Shown in pieces: positions 28,147 through 38,328 of a stretch of DNA of 64,000 bases. Numbering within the stretch: position 1 is the stretch's first letter; the number at the start of each line of letters is the position of its first letter. Origin of the DNA: Pseudomonadota bacterium. GTDB taxonomy: Bacteria > Pseudomonadota > Gammaproteobacteria > Burkholderiales > JAKAFK01. The notes beneath the pieces are model-generated. The model saw nothing but the letters and a program-made list of their open reading frames with translations. It was not told the origin of the DNA and searched no databases. A program made the position numbers and the translations under genes. The stretch spans positions 73,481-137,480 of the forward strand of contig JAJYKK010000002.1 in NCBI GenBank assembly GCA_021788645.1. The letters run 5' to 3'.

Positions 28147-29364
28147 ATGCACGAGCACGCCTATATTGGCCGACAGCCGATCATGGATCGCAACCAGCGC
28201 ATCATCGGCTATGAACTGCTGTTCCGGCACCATGCCACGGCCACCACGGCGGAGGTCAGCGATGACCTCTCGGCCGGCACACAGGTCATGATCAACACCC
28301 TCAGCAACCTGGGCACCGAGTGGCTCCTCGGCGACAAGCTGGCTTTCATCAACATCGCCGCGCCCATGATGCAAAGCGACTTCCTCGAGTTGTTGCCGCC
28401 CGAGCGCGTCGTGCTGGAAATCCTCGAAACCGTGGCCTTCACCCCCGAACTCTTCGAGCGGGGAAAGGCCTTGCGCGCCCAAGGGTTCAAGCTGGCCCTC
28501 GACGACTACGTCCCCGGCCCGGATTCGGCCGACTGGCTGGACATTGCCGATTTCGTCAAGCTCGACGTCCAGGACCTGGGACCCGCCCGCACGGCGGAAA
28601 TGGTCACCCTGCTGCGCCAGCACAAGGCCAAGCTGGTCGCCGAGAAGGTCGAGACGCAAGGCGAGTTCAAGGCCTGCAAGAACCTCGGATTCGATTACTT
28701 CCAAGGGTTCTATTTCGCCCGTCCGGAGACGCTCGCCGCCAAGGTCCTGAATCCCGCCCATGCCAATGTCCTGCAGCTCCTGAATCAGGTGCGCAACAAC
28801 GCCGACGTGAAGGATATCGAGGTCGCCTTCAAGCGCGACGTGGCGCTCGCCTTCAAGCTACTGCGCTACATCAACTCGGTGGGTTTCGGCCTGTCGTGCG
28901 AGATCCAGTCGATCCGGCATGCGGTGGCCATCCTGGGCTACCAACAGCTCTATCGATGGCTGACGCTCCTGCTGGTGACCGCCGAGACCTCGGACGCCAC
29001 CCCGCCCGCGCTGATGAAGACGGCCATCACCCGCGGGCGGCTGACGGAGCTCCTGGGCCAACCGTTCTTCGAGCGGCAGGACCGCGACAACCTGTTCATC
29101 GTCGGGGTCTTTTCGCTGCTCGACGCGATGCTGGAGATGCCGATGGAGAGCGTCCTCGACAAGCTGTTGCTGCCGGAGACGATCCAGGACGCGCTGCTCA
29201 CCCGGACCGGCATGTACGGCCCCTTCCTCGGCTTGGCGGAGGCGTGCGAAGGCGCCCGGGAAGACCAGATCAACGCGATTGCCGAATCCCTGTCCATCGA
29301 ACCCGATGCCGTCAACAAGGCGCACATCGAGGCACTGGCCTGGGTCGAAACGCTGGGCGTCTGA
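28147..29364 (+). CDS. EAL + HDOD domain protein (COG3434/YuxH-type putative c-di-GMP phosphodiesterase)
   Basis: N-terminal EAL domain (GYELLFR, FINI, VLEILET, LALDDY, VKLD, AEKVET, FQGFYF). C-terminal HDOD domain (FKLLRYINSVGFG...SIRHAVAILG). The ATG at 28147 matches the family N-terminus (GRQPIMDR) but has no obvious SD. The ORF is open back to 28045. Confidence 0.8.
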   Translation: MHEHAYIGRQPIMDRNQRIIGYELLFRHHATATTAEVSDDLSAGTQVMINTLSNLGTEWLLGDKLAFINIAAPMMQSDFLELLPPERVVLEILETVAFTPELFERGKALRAQGFKLALDDYVPGPDSADWLDIADFVKLDVQDLGPARTAEMVTLLRQHKAKLVAEKVETQGEFKACKNLGFDYFQGFYFARPETLAAKVLNPAHANVLQLLNQVRNNADVKDIEVAFKRDVALAFKLLRYINSVGFGLSCEIQSIRHAVAILGYQQLYRWLTLLLVTAETSDATPPALMKTAITRGRLTELLGQPFFERQDRDNLFIVGVFSLLDAMLEMPMESVLDKLLLPETIQDALLTRTGMYGPFLGLAEACEGAREDQINAIAESLSIEPDAVNKAHIEALAWVETLGV

Positions 29365-29369
29365 CCCAG

Positions 29370-29822
29370 TCAAAGAAACTCGGGCGCGAGCACCACGCGA
29401 AGCAGGGTCTGTGCCTCGTCATCCCGGACGCGATGGGTCAGCCACCACACGCCGGCCTTCTTGACGCCCCACGGGGCCGCGACACCGGCGAGAACAAGGG
29501 ACGCCACCTCGCCGAGGGTGGGCTGATGCCCCACGACGACGACCGCCCCCTTGGCCTTGGGCCAGCCCGCCGCCTTGAGGACCTGGGCGGGGTCGGCGCC
29601 CGGACCCAGCTCAGGACGGGTCTCGATGGCGCGCTTGAGCGCGAGCGCGGTCTCCTGCGCCCGGCGGGCAGGGCTGACCAGAATGGCTGCCGGCACCGGC
29701 AGCCTGGGCGCCAGCCAGCGCGCCATGGCGGCCGCCTGCGCACGCCCCTTGTCGGACAGGGCGCGCGCCAGGTCGGGTACGCCGTCTTCCGCTTCGGCAT
29801 GGCGCCAGAGAATCAGATCCAT
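29370..29822 (-). CDS. sixA: Phosphohistidine phosphatase SixA family
   Basis: MDLILWRHAEAE histidine-phosphatase motif. About 150 aa. GGGGGA RBS. The track ORF is over-extended to 30017. Confidence 0.8.
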   Translation of the reverse strand: MDLILWRHAEAEDGVPDLARALSDKGRAQAAAMARWLAPRLPVPAAILVSPARRAQETALALKRAIETRPELGPGADPAQVLKAAGWPKAKGAVVVVGHQPTLGEVASLVLAGVAAPWGVKKAGVWWLTHRVRDDEAQTLLRVVLAPEFL

Positions 29823-29862
29823 GGTGTCCCCCAGTGGCCTTCCCGAGTCCCGCCAACAGGTC

Positions 29863-30456
29863 CTACCAGTTTTCGGCGCGGATCTTCTCGAGCCAGAACA
29901 GGCCGATGACGGTCTTGGTTTCCGAAATCTTTCCCGTGCGCACCCATTCCATGGCCTCGTCTTGCGATACGCGGAAGCTCTCGACGAACTCGTCCTCGTC
30001 GGGACGGGCGCCCTCAAAGGAAAGCCCCGTCGCCAGATAGAATTCCAGCCGCTCGTCGGAGTACCCGATGCACGGATGGATGGTGGTCAGCCGGCGCCAA
30101 TGGGCGGCCGAATAGCCCGTCTCTTCCAGAAGCTCGCGCCGCGCACAGGCGGCAGGCGACTCGAGGGCTTCGAGCTTGCCCGCGGGAAACTCGTAGAAGA
30201 TGCGCCGCAGCGGATAGCGGTATTGCCGCTCGAGCAGGACATCGCCGTTGTCGAACACCGGCAGACACACCACGGCACCCGGGTGCACGATGTATTCACG
30301 GGTCGCCTCGCGGCCGTTGGGCAGACGCACCCGGTCTTCGCGAACATGGAGAAGCCGCCCATGATAGACCGTCCTGGAGGCGAGCGCCGACTCGCTCAGA
30401 TCCCTCTCGTCCGCATTCCCCCCATCGCGCCCGCCTGAGGTCGGCTCATCGCTCAC
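29863..30456 (-). CDS. NUDIX hydrolase (ADP-ribose pyrophosphatase-like)
   Basis: Nudix box GKLEALESPAACARRELLEETGY. GTG start at 30456 overlaps the upstream stop (GTGA). Confidence 0.85.
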   Translation of the reverse strand: MSDEPTSGGRDGGNADERDLSESALASRTVYHGRLLHVREDRVRLPNGREATREYIVHPGAVVCLPVFDNGDVLLERQYRYPLRRIFYEFPAGKLEALESPAACARRELLEETGYSAAHWRRLTTIHPCIGYSDERLEFYLATGLSFEGARPDEDEFVESFRVSQDEAMEWVRTGKISETKTVIGLFWLEKIRAENW

Positions 30457-30755
30457 TCCGCGCGCCTGCGCCACAGATAGCGGTAGACGAAGCCCGGGTA
30501 GGCGAACACCAGAAACAGGCACGCGGTGACCACATAGAACACCCAATGCTGCGTGGCCACGGCGCCCAGCTGCGCCTCGAGAAGACGGGCGACCCCTCCC
30601 ACCAGGAAATACAGGACCACCAGTTCGAGGAATCGCCAGCCCAGCGCCTTGCGGCCCGAACGCGGGCGGCGGACAAAAAACACGCGTTCATTGAAGAACG
30701 GCAGATTGGCGGCGAAAAGCGCCAGGGCCAGCAGCAAGGTGGTATTTGAGCTCAT
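30453..30755 (-). CDS. DUF2818-family small membrane protein
   Basis: 100-aa membrane protein (ANLPFFNERVF...LELVVLYFLVGG...ACLFLVFAYPGFVYRYL) directly abutting the nuoN stop, as in Burkholderiales-type nuo loci. Confidence 0.8.
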   Translation of the reverse strand: MSSNTTLLLALALFAANLPFFNERVFFVRRPRSGRKALGWRFLELVVLYFLVGGVARLLEAQLGAVATQHWVFYVVTACLFLVFAYPGFVYRYLWRRRAE

Positions 30756-32204
30756 TTATAAGGAATGCCAGATCGAATAAGTGCACAAGGCCATCAGCGG
30801 CTGGGGAAAAATGCCCAGCGCCAGGACGGCCAGCCCGTTTGCGCTCATGAGAACCCCCACGTCCGCGTGCGCGCCACATGCGGAAGGGTCGCTGGGCGCA
30901 TCGAAATACATAAGCTTGACGATGCGCAAATAATAGAACGCGCCGACCACGGAGAACAGCACCGCCGCGACGACGAGTCCCACATACCCCGCGTCGAGGG
31001 CGCTGGAGAGCACCGCGAGCTTCGCATAGAAGCCTGCCGTCGGCGGGATTCCGGCCATGGAAAACATCACGACGAGCATCAGGAAGGCGTACCATGGGCT
31101 GCGTTGATTGAGGCCCTTGAAATCATCCAGGTGTTCCGCCTCGAAACCCTGCCTTGACAGCAACATCACCATGCCAAACGCCCCCAGGCTCATGAGCACA
31201 TAGACCAGAACGTAGAACATGGCGGCGCCATAGCCTTGCAGGTTGCCGCTCAGGAAGCCCAAGAGCACGAACCCCATGTGCGAGATCGTGGAATACGCGA
31301 GCATCCGTTTGATATTGGATTGCGCGATGGCCGTGATGTTCCCGATGGCGATGGACAAGACCGACAGAATCACCAGCATGCCAGACCAGTCGTGCGCAAG
31401 GGGCTGCAGTCCGCCCACGAGCAGCCGGATCACGAAACCGAACGCGGCGATCTTGGGGGCCGTGCCGATGAACAGCGTCATCGCGGTGGGCGCGCCCTGA
31501 TAGACATCGGGCACCCACATATGGAACGGCACGACCCCCAGTTTGAAGGCGAGCCCGGCAACCAGGAACACCAACCCGAACACCAGGACGGTGGGGTCCT
31601 TCACGCCATGCGCGAGAACCGCGGAAATCCCGCTCAGATCGAGATGGCCGGTCACCCCGTAGACCATCGACATGCCGTAGAGCAGAAGCCCGGACGCCAA
31701 GGCCCCCAACACGAAGTACTTCAGGGCCGCCTCGGTGGCCACCGCCGAGTCGCGCGAGAGCGCCACCAGCGCATAGAGGCACAGTGCCTGCAACTCAAGA
31801 CCCAGATAGAGCGCCAGGAAGTTGCCGGCCGAGATCATGATCATCATGCCCAAGGCCGCAAACAGCACCAGCACGAAGAACTCTCCCCGGAACAGGCCGC
31901 GCACCTGCAGGTAGGACTTCGAATAGACCAGCATGGCCGAGATGCTCACATAGAGCATGAGCTTCAGCACATCGGCGACGGGATCTTCGATAAACAGGCC
32001 GTGGAAGGCCGTCACGGTTTCCCCATGCGCGCCTTGCGCCGTCAGCAGGACCGCCCCGAGCAGGGTGACTTGCGTCGCCGCATAGGTGATGAATCGATGG
32101 CCCTCGGCGATGAAGGCATCGGCGAGAAGAATGAGCGAGGCCATGCACAGGACGAAGATTTCCGGGAGCATGGGTGCGAGATCGTGCCAGCTAACAAAGC
32201 TCAT
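30756..32204 (-). CDS. nuoN: NADH-quinone oxidoreductase subunit N
   Basis: 482-aa antiporter-like subunit, last gene of the nuo operon. Confidence 0.95.
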   Translation of the reverse strand: MSFVSWHDLAPMLPEIFVLCMASLILLADAFIAEGHRFITYAATQVTLLGAVLLTAQGAHGETVTAFHGLFIEDPVADVLKLMLYVSISAMLVYSKSYLQVRGLFRGEFFVLVLFAALGMMIMISAGNFLALYLGLELQALCLYALVALSRDSAVATEAALKYFVLGALASGLLLYGMSMVYGVTGHLDLSGISAVLAHGVKDPTVLVFGLVFLVAGLAFKLGVVPFHMWVPDVYQGAPTAMTLFIGTAPKIAAFGFVIRLLVGGLQPLAHDWSGMLVILSVLSIAIGNITAIAQSNIKRMLAYSTISHMGFVLLGFLSGNLQGYGAAMFYVLVYVLMSLGAFGMVMLLSRQGFEAEHLDDFKGLNQRSPWYAFLMLVVMFSMAGIPPTAGFYAKLAVLSSALDAGYVGLVVAAVLFSVVGAFYYLRIVKLMYFDAPSDPSACGAHADVGVLMSANGLAVLALGIFPQPLMALCTYSIWHSL

Positions 32205-32253
32205 GAAGGTCCCTTCGTGCCGCGATGGCCATAAGAAACGCGAACTGGCGCAC

Positions 32254-33750
32254 TCAAGCCCCCTTGAGCTTGCTTTGCGCCACGTGTGACAAGAGATTCG
32301 CCACCGAGGAATGCATGACTTCGGTAAAGGGCAAGGGGTACACGCCCATCGCGAGCACGACCACCGCCAAGCTGCCCAGGATCAGGAACTCGCGCGTCGA
32401 CAGATCGCTCAAGCCTTCCACCCGAGGATTGGTGATTTTGCCGAAGATCACGCGCTTGTACATCCACAAGGTATAGGCGGCCCCGAAAATCAGGGTCGTG
32501 GCGGCGGCCGCCGAGTACCAGAAATTCACCTTCATCGAGCCCATGATGACCATGAATTCGCCCACGAACCCGCTCGTCGCGGGCAACCCGGAATTGGCCA
32601 TGGCGAACAGCATGAACAAGGTGGCGAACAAGGGCATGCGGTTGACCACACCGCCATAATCATTGATCTGCCGCGAGTGCAGGCGATCATAGAGCACGCC
32701 GACGCACAGAAACAGCGCGCCGGAAACGAATCCATGGGAAATCATCTGCACCAGCGCCCCTTCCGTCCCAAAGCGGTTGAACAGGAAGATCCCCAGCGTG
32801 ACGAACCCCATGTGCGAAATGGAGGAATAGGCGATGAGCTTCTTCATGTCGCCCTGCACCAGGGCGACGAGCCCGATATAGACCACCGCGATCAAGGAGA
32901 GCGCGATCATGAAGCCGGACAGCAGGTGGCTGGCATCGGGTGCGATCGGCAGGCAGAAACGCAGGAAACCGTAGGCGCCGAGCTTCAGCATGATCGCCGC
33001 CAGCACCACCGAGCCGCCGGTGGGCGCCTCCACGTGCGCATCCGGGAGCCAGGTGTGTACCGGCCACATCGGCACCTTCACCGCGAAGGCCATGAAGAAC
33101 GCGAGGAAGATCAGGACTTGCGCCTGCAGCCCCAAGGGAAGCTGCTGGTAATCCAGGATGTCGAAGCTGCCGCCTGAGCGCTGATAGAGGTAGATGAAGG
33201 CCACCAGCATGAGCAGCGACCCCAGCAGGGTGTACAGGAAGAACTTGACCGCCGCATAGACGCGATTCGGCCCCCCCCACACGCCGATCACCAGGAACAT
33301 GGGGATCAGCATGGCCTCCCAGAACACATAGAACAGGATGGCATCGAGCGAGGCGAACACGCCATTCATCAGGCCCGACATGATCAGGAAGGCGGCCATA
33401 TACTGGGCGACGCGCCTTTCGATGACCTTCCAGCCGGCCGCCACCACCACCACGGTAGTGAAGCTCGTCAGCAGGATGAAGAGCACCGAGATCCCGTCCA
33501 CGCCCAGATGGTAATTGACGTGCAGCGCCTCGATCCAGGGATGCAGTTCCGTGAACTGCATGCCCGCGGTGTGCACGTCGAACTGTGTGTAGAGGGGAAT
33601 CGACGCCAGGAAGCCTGCCGCCGCACCGACCAGCGCGAGCCACCGCGCCAACCGGGCATTGCGGTCCGATCCGGTGGCGAGGACCAGCACGCCAAAGAGG
33701 ATCGGAACCCAGATCGCCAAGCTAAGCCATGGAGTCGAAGCCATCATCAC
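32254..33750 (-). CDS. nuoM: NADH-quinone oxidoreductase subunit M
   Basis: 498-aa antiporter-like subunit in the conserved operon position. Confidence 0.95.
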   Translation of the reverse strand: MMMASTPWLSLAIWVPILFGVLVLATGSDRNARLARWLALVGAAAGFLASIPLYTQFDVHTAGMQFTELHPWIEALHVNYHLGVDGISVLFILLTSFTTVVVVAAGWKVIERRVAQYMAAFLIMSGLMNGVFASLDAILFYVFWEAMLIPMFLVIGVWGGPNRVYAAVKFFLYTLLGSLLMLVAFIYLYQRSGGSFDILDYQQLPLGLQAQVLIFLAFFMAFAVKVPMWPVHTWLPDAHVEAPTGGSVVLAAIMLKLGAYGFLRFCLPIAPDASHLLSGFMIALSLIAVVYIGLVALVQGDMKKLIAYSSISHMGFVTLGIFLFNRFGTEGALVQMISHGFVSGALFLCVGVLYDRLHSRQINDYGGVVNRMPLFATLFMLFAMANSGLPATSGFVGEFMVIMGSMKVNFWYSAAAATTLIFGAAYTLWMYKRVIFGKITNPRVEGLSDLSTREFLILGSLAVVVLAMGVYPLPFTEVMHSSVANLLSHVAQSKLKGA

Positions 33751-33798
33751 CTTCCTGTGTTGTATGCGCCGTAGGCATGTTCACCCAGTCCTGGTCCT

Positions 33799-35760
33799 TC
33801 AGCCCTTCACAAACCAGATGAGCACGGCGACGCCGATGATCATGGCAAAGGCATAGTGGGAAATCAGTCCGGACTGAAGCCGCCGGGTGAAGCGCGCGGA
33901 AAGGGCTACCAGGCGGGCAGCGCCGTTGACCAAGAATCCGTCGATCAGGCGCACGTCGCCCCAGCGCCAGAGCAAGCCTCCAAGCCGTCGCGCGCCCCCG
34001 GCAAAGAACCAGTCGTTGAACTCGTCGAACCCATACTTGTGCTCGAGGATCGCATAGATCAGCGCGAAACGGTCCTTGAGGCGCGCCGGCAAGTCGGTTC
34101 TCTTGAGGTACAGGAACCACGCCGTGCCGATGCCGGCAAGCCCGAGCCACAACGGGGCCGAAAAGAAGCCCTGGACAATCGCCCCGAGCGTGCCGCCGTG
34201 CGCCTGGAATTCCTCGCCCATCTGCGCGGCCCAGGCGTGCGGCGCCTGCACCACGATGGCGGCGCCAAAATAGTTGCCGTAGAGCATCGGCCGCACGAAC
34301 AGGAAGCCGGACGCAAAGGCGGGAACCGCGAGCGCCACGAGCGGCACCCACACCACCCAGGGCGACTCCTTGAGATGGGCGCGCGTATGCTCGTCCATGC
34401 GAGGGCTTCCGTGGAAGGTCATGAACAGCATGCGGAAGGTGTAGAGCGCCGTCACGAACACCCCCGAAAGCACCGCGAAGTGCGCGAAGCCCGCCCCGGG
34501 AAGCGTTGAGTGGCCGATGGCCTCGATGATGGCGTCCTTGGAAAAGAACCCGGCGAACGGCGGAATGCCGGCAAGCGCAAGGGAACCGATCAGGGCGGTC
34601 CCATAGGTGATCGGCATGTATTTCCTGAGCCCGCCCATCTTGCGCATGTCCTGCTCGTGATGCATGGCGATGATGACGGAACCCGCGGCCAAGAACAGCA
34701 GCGCCTTGAAGAAGGCATGGGTCATGAGGTGGAAGATCGCCGCGCTGTAGGCCGATGCGCCCAAAGCCGCGGTCATGTAGCCCAGTTGGGAGAGGGTCGA
34801 ATAGGCCACCACGCGCTTGATGTCATTCTGGATGACCCCCAAGAAGGCCATGAAGAGCGCCGTGATCCCGCCGATCACCATGACCACCGACAAGGCGGTG
34901 TCCGACCACTCGAAGATGGGCGACATGCGCGCCACCATGAAGATCCCCGCCGTGACCATGGTGGCGGCGTGGATGAGCGCCGAGATGGGGGTCGGGCCTT
35001 CCATCGAGTCGGGCAGCCATACGTGCAGCGGAAACTGGGCGGACTTCCCCATCGCCCCGACGAACAGGAGCAGGCTGATCACCGTCAGCAGCATCCAGGG
35101 GTGCCCGGGAAACAGCGTGACCGCGACATGCGCCGCCGCCGGGACCTGCGCGAACACGGCGCTGTAGTCGAGGGTGCCGAACTGGCGAAGGACGAGCGCT
35201 ATGCCCAAGAGAAAGCCCAGATCGCCCACGCGGTTCACCAGGAAGGCCTTCAGGTTGGCGTAGATCGCGCTCGGACGCGTGTACCAGAAGCCGATCAGCA
35301 GGTACGACACCAGCCCCACCCCTTCCCAGCCGAAGAAGAGCTGCAGAAAATTGTTCGCCATGACCAGCATCAGCATGGCGAAGGTAAAGAGCGATATATA
35401 GCTGAAGAAGCGCTTGTAGCCGGGATCGTCGTGCATGTAACCGATGGTATAGACATGCACCATCAACGAGACGAAGGTCACCACCAGCATCATGAGCGCG
35501 CTCAGGCGGTCGATCAGGAAGCCGATGTGAAGCGGGGTGGCGCCGGCGACGAGCCAGGTGTAGACCGTCCCGTCATAGGTGCGGCCCGCCAGGACATCCA
35601 GAAATACGACCAGTGATCCGACGAAGGCGCAGCCGACTCCCAGGATGGTCACGCCGTGCGCGAGCCGCCTGCTGATCCAATGCCCCAGGAGTCCTGCGAC
35701 CGCCGCACCGATCAGCGGGCTCAGGGGAACCCACAAGTAGAGCATCTGCATGTTCGTCAT
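33799..35760 (-). CDS. nuoL: NADH-quinone oxidoreductase subunit L
   Basis: 653-aa antiporter-like subunit with the C-terminal extension. Confidence 0.95.
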   Translation of the reverse strand: MTNMQMLYLWVPLSPLIGAAVAGLLGHWISRRLAHGVTILGVGCAFVGSLVVFLDVLAGRTYDGTVYTWLVAGATPLHIGFLIDRLSALMMLVVTFVSLMVHVYTIGYMHDDPGYKRFFSYISLFTFAMLMLVMANNFLQLFFGWEGVGLVSYLLIGFWYTRPSAIYANLKAFLVNRVGDLGFLLGIALVLRQFGTLDYSAVFAQVPAAAHVAVTLFPGHPWMLLTVISLLLFVGAMGKSAQFPLHVWLPDSMEGPTPISALIHAATMVTAGIFMVARMSPIFEWSDTALSVVMVIGGITALFMAFLGVIQNDIKRVVAYSTLSQLGYMTAALGASAYSAAIFHLMTHAFFKALLFLAAGSVIIAMHHEQDMRKMGGLRKYMPITYGTALIGSLALAGIPPFAGFFSKDAIIEAIGHSTLPGAGFAHFAVLSGVFVTALYTFRMLFMTFHGSPRMDEHTRAHLKESPWVVWVPLVALAVPAFASGFLFVRPMLYGNYFGAAIVVQAPHAWAAQMGEEFQAHGGTLGAIVQGFFSAPLWLGLAGIGTAWFLYLKRTDLPARLKDRFALIYAILEHKYGFDEFNDWFFAGGARRLGGLLWRWGDVRLIDGFLVNGAARLVALSARFTRRLQSGLISHYAFAMIIGVAVLIWFVKG

Positions 35761-35799
35761 AGGATTGTCCGAATCGGTGTCGTGATGGAGAACGCCCGC

Positions 35800-36105
35800 C
35801 TAGCCGCGCAACTGATCGAGTTCATCCACGTCGATGGTCTTCAGGTTGCGGAAAAGCACCACCAGGATGGCCAGACCGATGGCCGCCTCCGCGGCGGCGA
35901 CCGTGAGGATGAAGAAGACGAACACCTGCCCGGCCATGTCGTTCAGGTAATGGGAGAACGTGATGAAGTTCAGGTTGACGGCGAGCAGCATAAGCTCGAT
36001 CGACATCAGCAGGATGATCACGTTGCGGCGGTTGAGGAAGATCCCCAGTACGCTGATGCAGAACAATATGGCCGCCAGGATCAGATAATGCGAGATGGTG
36101 AGCAA
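35800..36105 (-). CDS. nuoK: NADH-quinone oxidoreductase subunit K
   Basis: 101 aa, with three TM segments. Confidence 0.95.
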   Translation of the reverse strand: MLTISHYLILAAILFCISVLGIFLNRRNVIILLMSIELMLLAVNLNFITFSHYLNDMAGQVFVFFILTVAAAEAAIGLAILVVLFRNLKTIDVDELDQLRG

Positions 36106-36121
36106 CGTCTTGTCTCCCTGT

Positions 36122-36736
36122 TCATTCCTTCGACTCGAGCGCCGCCGCGCGCGGCGTGGCCTTCATCTTGACCATGCGCACGCGGTCTTGCCGCCTCACC
36201 GCGACCTGAGACGCCGGATTCTGGTATTTGGTGTCCTTCCGGTGGCGCATGGTCAGCGCGATCGCCGCCACGATCGCCACCAGCAGGATCACCGCCGCGA
36301 CTTCGAAAGGATAGAGGTACTGGGTGTAAAGGAGGCTCCCGAGGGCCTTGGTGTTGCTGTAGCCGGCGGGCTCGGCCACCGCCTGGGATCCGAACGAGCG
36401 TCCATAAAGGACGGTGACCATCTCGAAGCCCATGATGGCGGCGACCGCCACCGCTACCGGGAGATAGCTCCAGAAGCCCTCGCGCAGCTTGGTGAGGTTG
36501 AGGTCCAGCATCATCACGACGAACAGGAACAGCACCATGACCGCGCCGACGTAGACGAGCACCAGCGTGATCGCGAGGAACTCGGCCTCCAGGAGGATCC
36601 ACAGGCCGGCGGCGGTGAAGAAGGCGAGCACCAGCGCCAGGGCGGCGTGCACCGGATTGCGGGCGGTCACCACGCGCAGGCCCGAGGCGACCAGGATCGC
36701 GCCGAAGCTATAGAAGACAAAGGTCTCAAAATCCAT
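36122..36736 (-). CDS. nuoJ: NADH-quinone oxidoreductase subunit J
   Basis: 204-aa membrane subunit in operon order. Confidence 0.93.
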   Translation of the reverse strand: MDFETFVFYSFGAILVASGLRVVTARNPVHAALALVLAFFTAAGLWILLEAEFLAITLVLVYVGAVMVLFLFVVMMLDLNLTKLREGFWSYLPVAVAVAAIMGFEMVTVLYGRSFGSQAVAEPAGYSNTKALGSLLYTQYLYPFEVAAVILLVAIVAAIALTMRHRKDTKYQNPASQVAVRRQDRVRMVKMKATPRAAALESKE

Positions 36737-36780
36737 TTATGGCGCCTGAAAAAGTTCGGTCCGTTGACAAGTCCCACCCC

Positions 36781-37269
36781 TTAGCGGTATTTGGCATCGC
36801 AGGCCCGATCCTGGGCAAGCTGGCTTTCGTACTGCTCGCCCAGCGCAAGCAGCATGGGCTTGGTATACAGCAAGTCGCCGCGCTTCTCGCCGCAGTATTC
36901 GAAGATGCGCGTCTCGACAATGGAATCCACCGGGCACGATTCCTCGCAAAAGCCGCAAAAGATGCATTTGGTGAGATCGATGTCGTAGCGCGTCGTACGC
37001 CGCGTTCCATCGGTGCGCACGGCCGACTCGATGGTGATCGCCAGGGCAGGGCACACCGCCTCGCACAGCTTGCAGGCGATGCACCGCTCCTCGCCATTGG
37101 GATAGCGGCGCAGCGCGTGCAGGCCGCGGAAGCGCGGCGATTGCGGCGTGCGCTCCTCCGGGTAGAGCACGGTGATCTTGCGCGCGAACAGCTGGCGGCC
37201 CGTGAGTGCCATGCCCTTCAGCAGCTCGATCAGCAGGAAGCTTGAGAAGAAGTTCTTGATGCGGTTCAT
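36781..37269 (-). CDS. nuoI: NADH-quinone oxidoreductase subunit I
   Basis: Two 4Fe-4S ferredoxin motifs ([24 protein letters not shown]). The start at MNRIKNFF is internal to the track ORF. Confidence 0.95.
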   Translation of the reverse strand: MNRIKNFFSSFLLIELLKGMALTGRQLFARKITVLYPEERTPQSPRFRGLHALRRYPNGEERCIACKLCEAVCPALAITIESAVRTDGTRRTTRYDIDLTKCIFCGFCEESCPVDSIVETRIFEYCGEKRGDLLYTKPMLLALGEQYESQLAQDRACDAKYR

Positions 37270-37286
37270 GGCAGGCCTTCGAATCC

Positions 37287-38318
37287 TCAATGGACCAGAT
37301 AGCGGTAAGGCGTCTGCAGGACAAGACCCACGGCCACGATCCAGACGAGGGTCACGGGAATGAACACTTTCCAGCCCAGCCGCATGATCTGGTCGTAGCG
37401 GTAGCGCGGAAAGGTCGCGCGCGCCCACAGGAACAGGAGCAGCATGAAAGCCACCTTGCCCAGCAGCCAGACGAAGCCCGGGACCCAGGTCAAGGGGGCA
37501 ATGGGAAACAGCGGCTCCCATCCGCCCAGGAACAGGAGGCTCGCGAGCATGGCCACCAGGATCATGTTGGCATACTCGGCCAGGAAGAACACGGCGAAGG
37601 CCATGCCGGAGTATTCCACGTGGAAGCCCGCGACGATCTCGGACTCCCCCTCGGCCACGTCGAACGGCGCCCGGTTGGTCTCCGCCACGCCGCTGATGAA
37701 GTAAACAACGAACAGGGGCAAGAGCGGCAGCCAGTACCAGTGAAAGACCCCGCCTCGCTGTGCCTGCACGATGTCGACCAGATTGAGGCTATGGGCGGCC
37801 ATCAAAACGCCCACCAGGGCAAACCCCATGGCGATCTCGTAGGAGACGATCTGTGCGGCCGAGCGCATGGCGCCCAGGAAGGCGTACTTGGAATTTGACG
37901 CCCAGCCGGCAATGATCACGCCGTATACGCCCATGGACGTCATCGCGAGAATATAGAGCAGCCCGGCATCGATGTTGGCGAGCACCATGCGAGGGCTGAA
38001 GGGGACCACCGCCCAAGCCGCCAGCGCGGGGGCAATCATGAGCATGGGCGCCAGGACGAACAGGCCCTTCGACGCGCCCGAGGGCACGACGATTTCCTTC
38101 ATCAGGAGCTTCAGGCCATCCGCGATGGGCTGGAGCAAACCCTTGAAGCCCACGCGGTTCGGACCGATGCGCACCTGCATGTAGCCGATCACCTTGCGTT
38201 CGGCATACGTCAGGTAGGCGACGCCGATCATCAGCGGCGCAATGATCGCAATGATCTTGACGAGCGCCCAGACCGGCGTCCATGCAATCCCGAGGATCCC
38301 TTGCCAAAATGCCATCAT
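37287..38318 (-). CDS. nuoH: NADH-quinone oxidoreductase subunit H
   Basis: [19 protein letters not shown] motif. The start at MMAFWQG is internal to the track ORF. Confidence 0.95.
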   Translation of the reverse strand: MMAFWQGILGIAWTPVWALVKIIAIIAPLMIGVAYLTYAERKVIGYMQVRIGPNRVGFKGLLQPIADGLKLLMKEIVVPSGASKGLFVLAPMLMIAPALAAWAVVPFSPRMVLANIDAGLLYILAMTSMGVYGVIIAGWASNSKYAFLGAMRSAAQIVSYEIAMGFALVGVLMAAHSLNLVDIVQAQRGGVFHWYWLPLLPLFVVYFISGVAETNRAPFDVAEGESEIVAGFHVEYSGMAFAVFFLAEYANMILVAMLASLLFLGGWEPLFPIAPLTWVPGFVWLLGKVAFMLLLFLWARATFPRYRYDQIMRLGWKVFIPVTLVWIVAVGLVLQTPYRYLVH

Positions 38319-38328
38319 GTCTTCTCTG

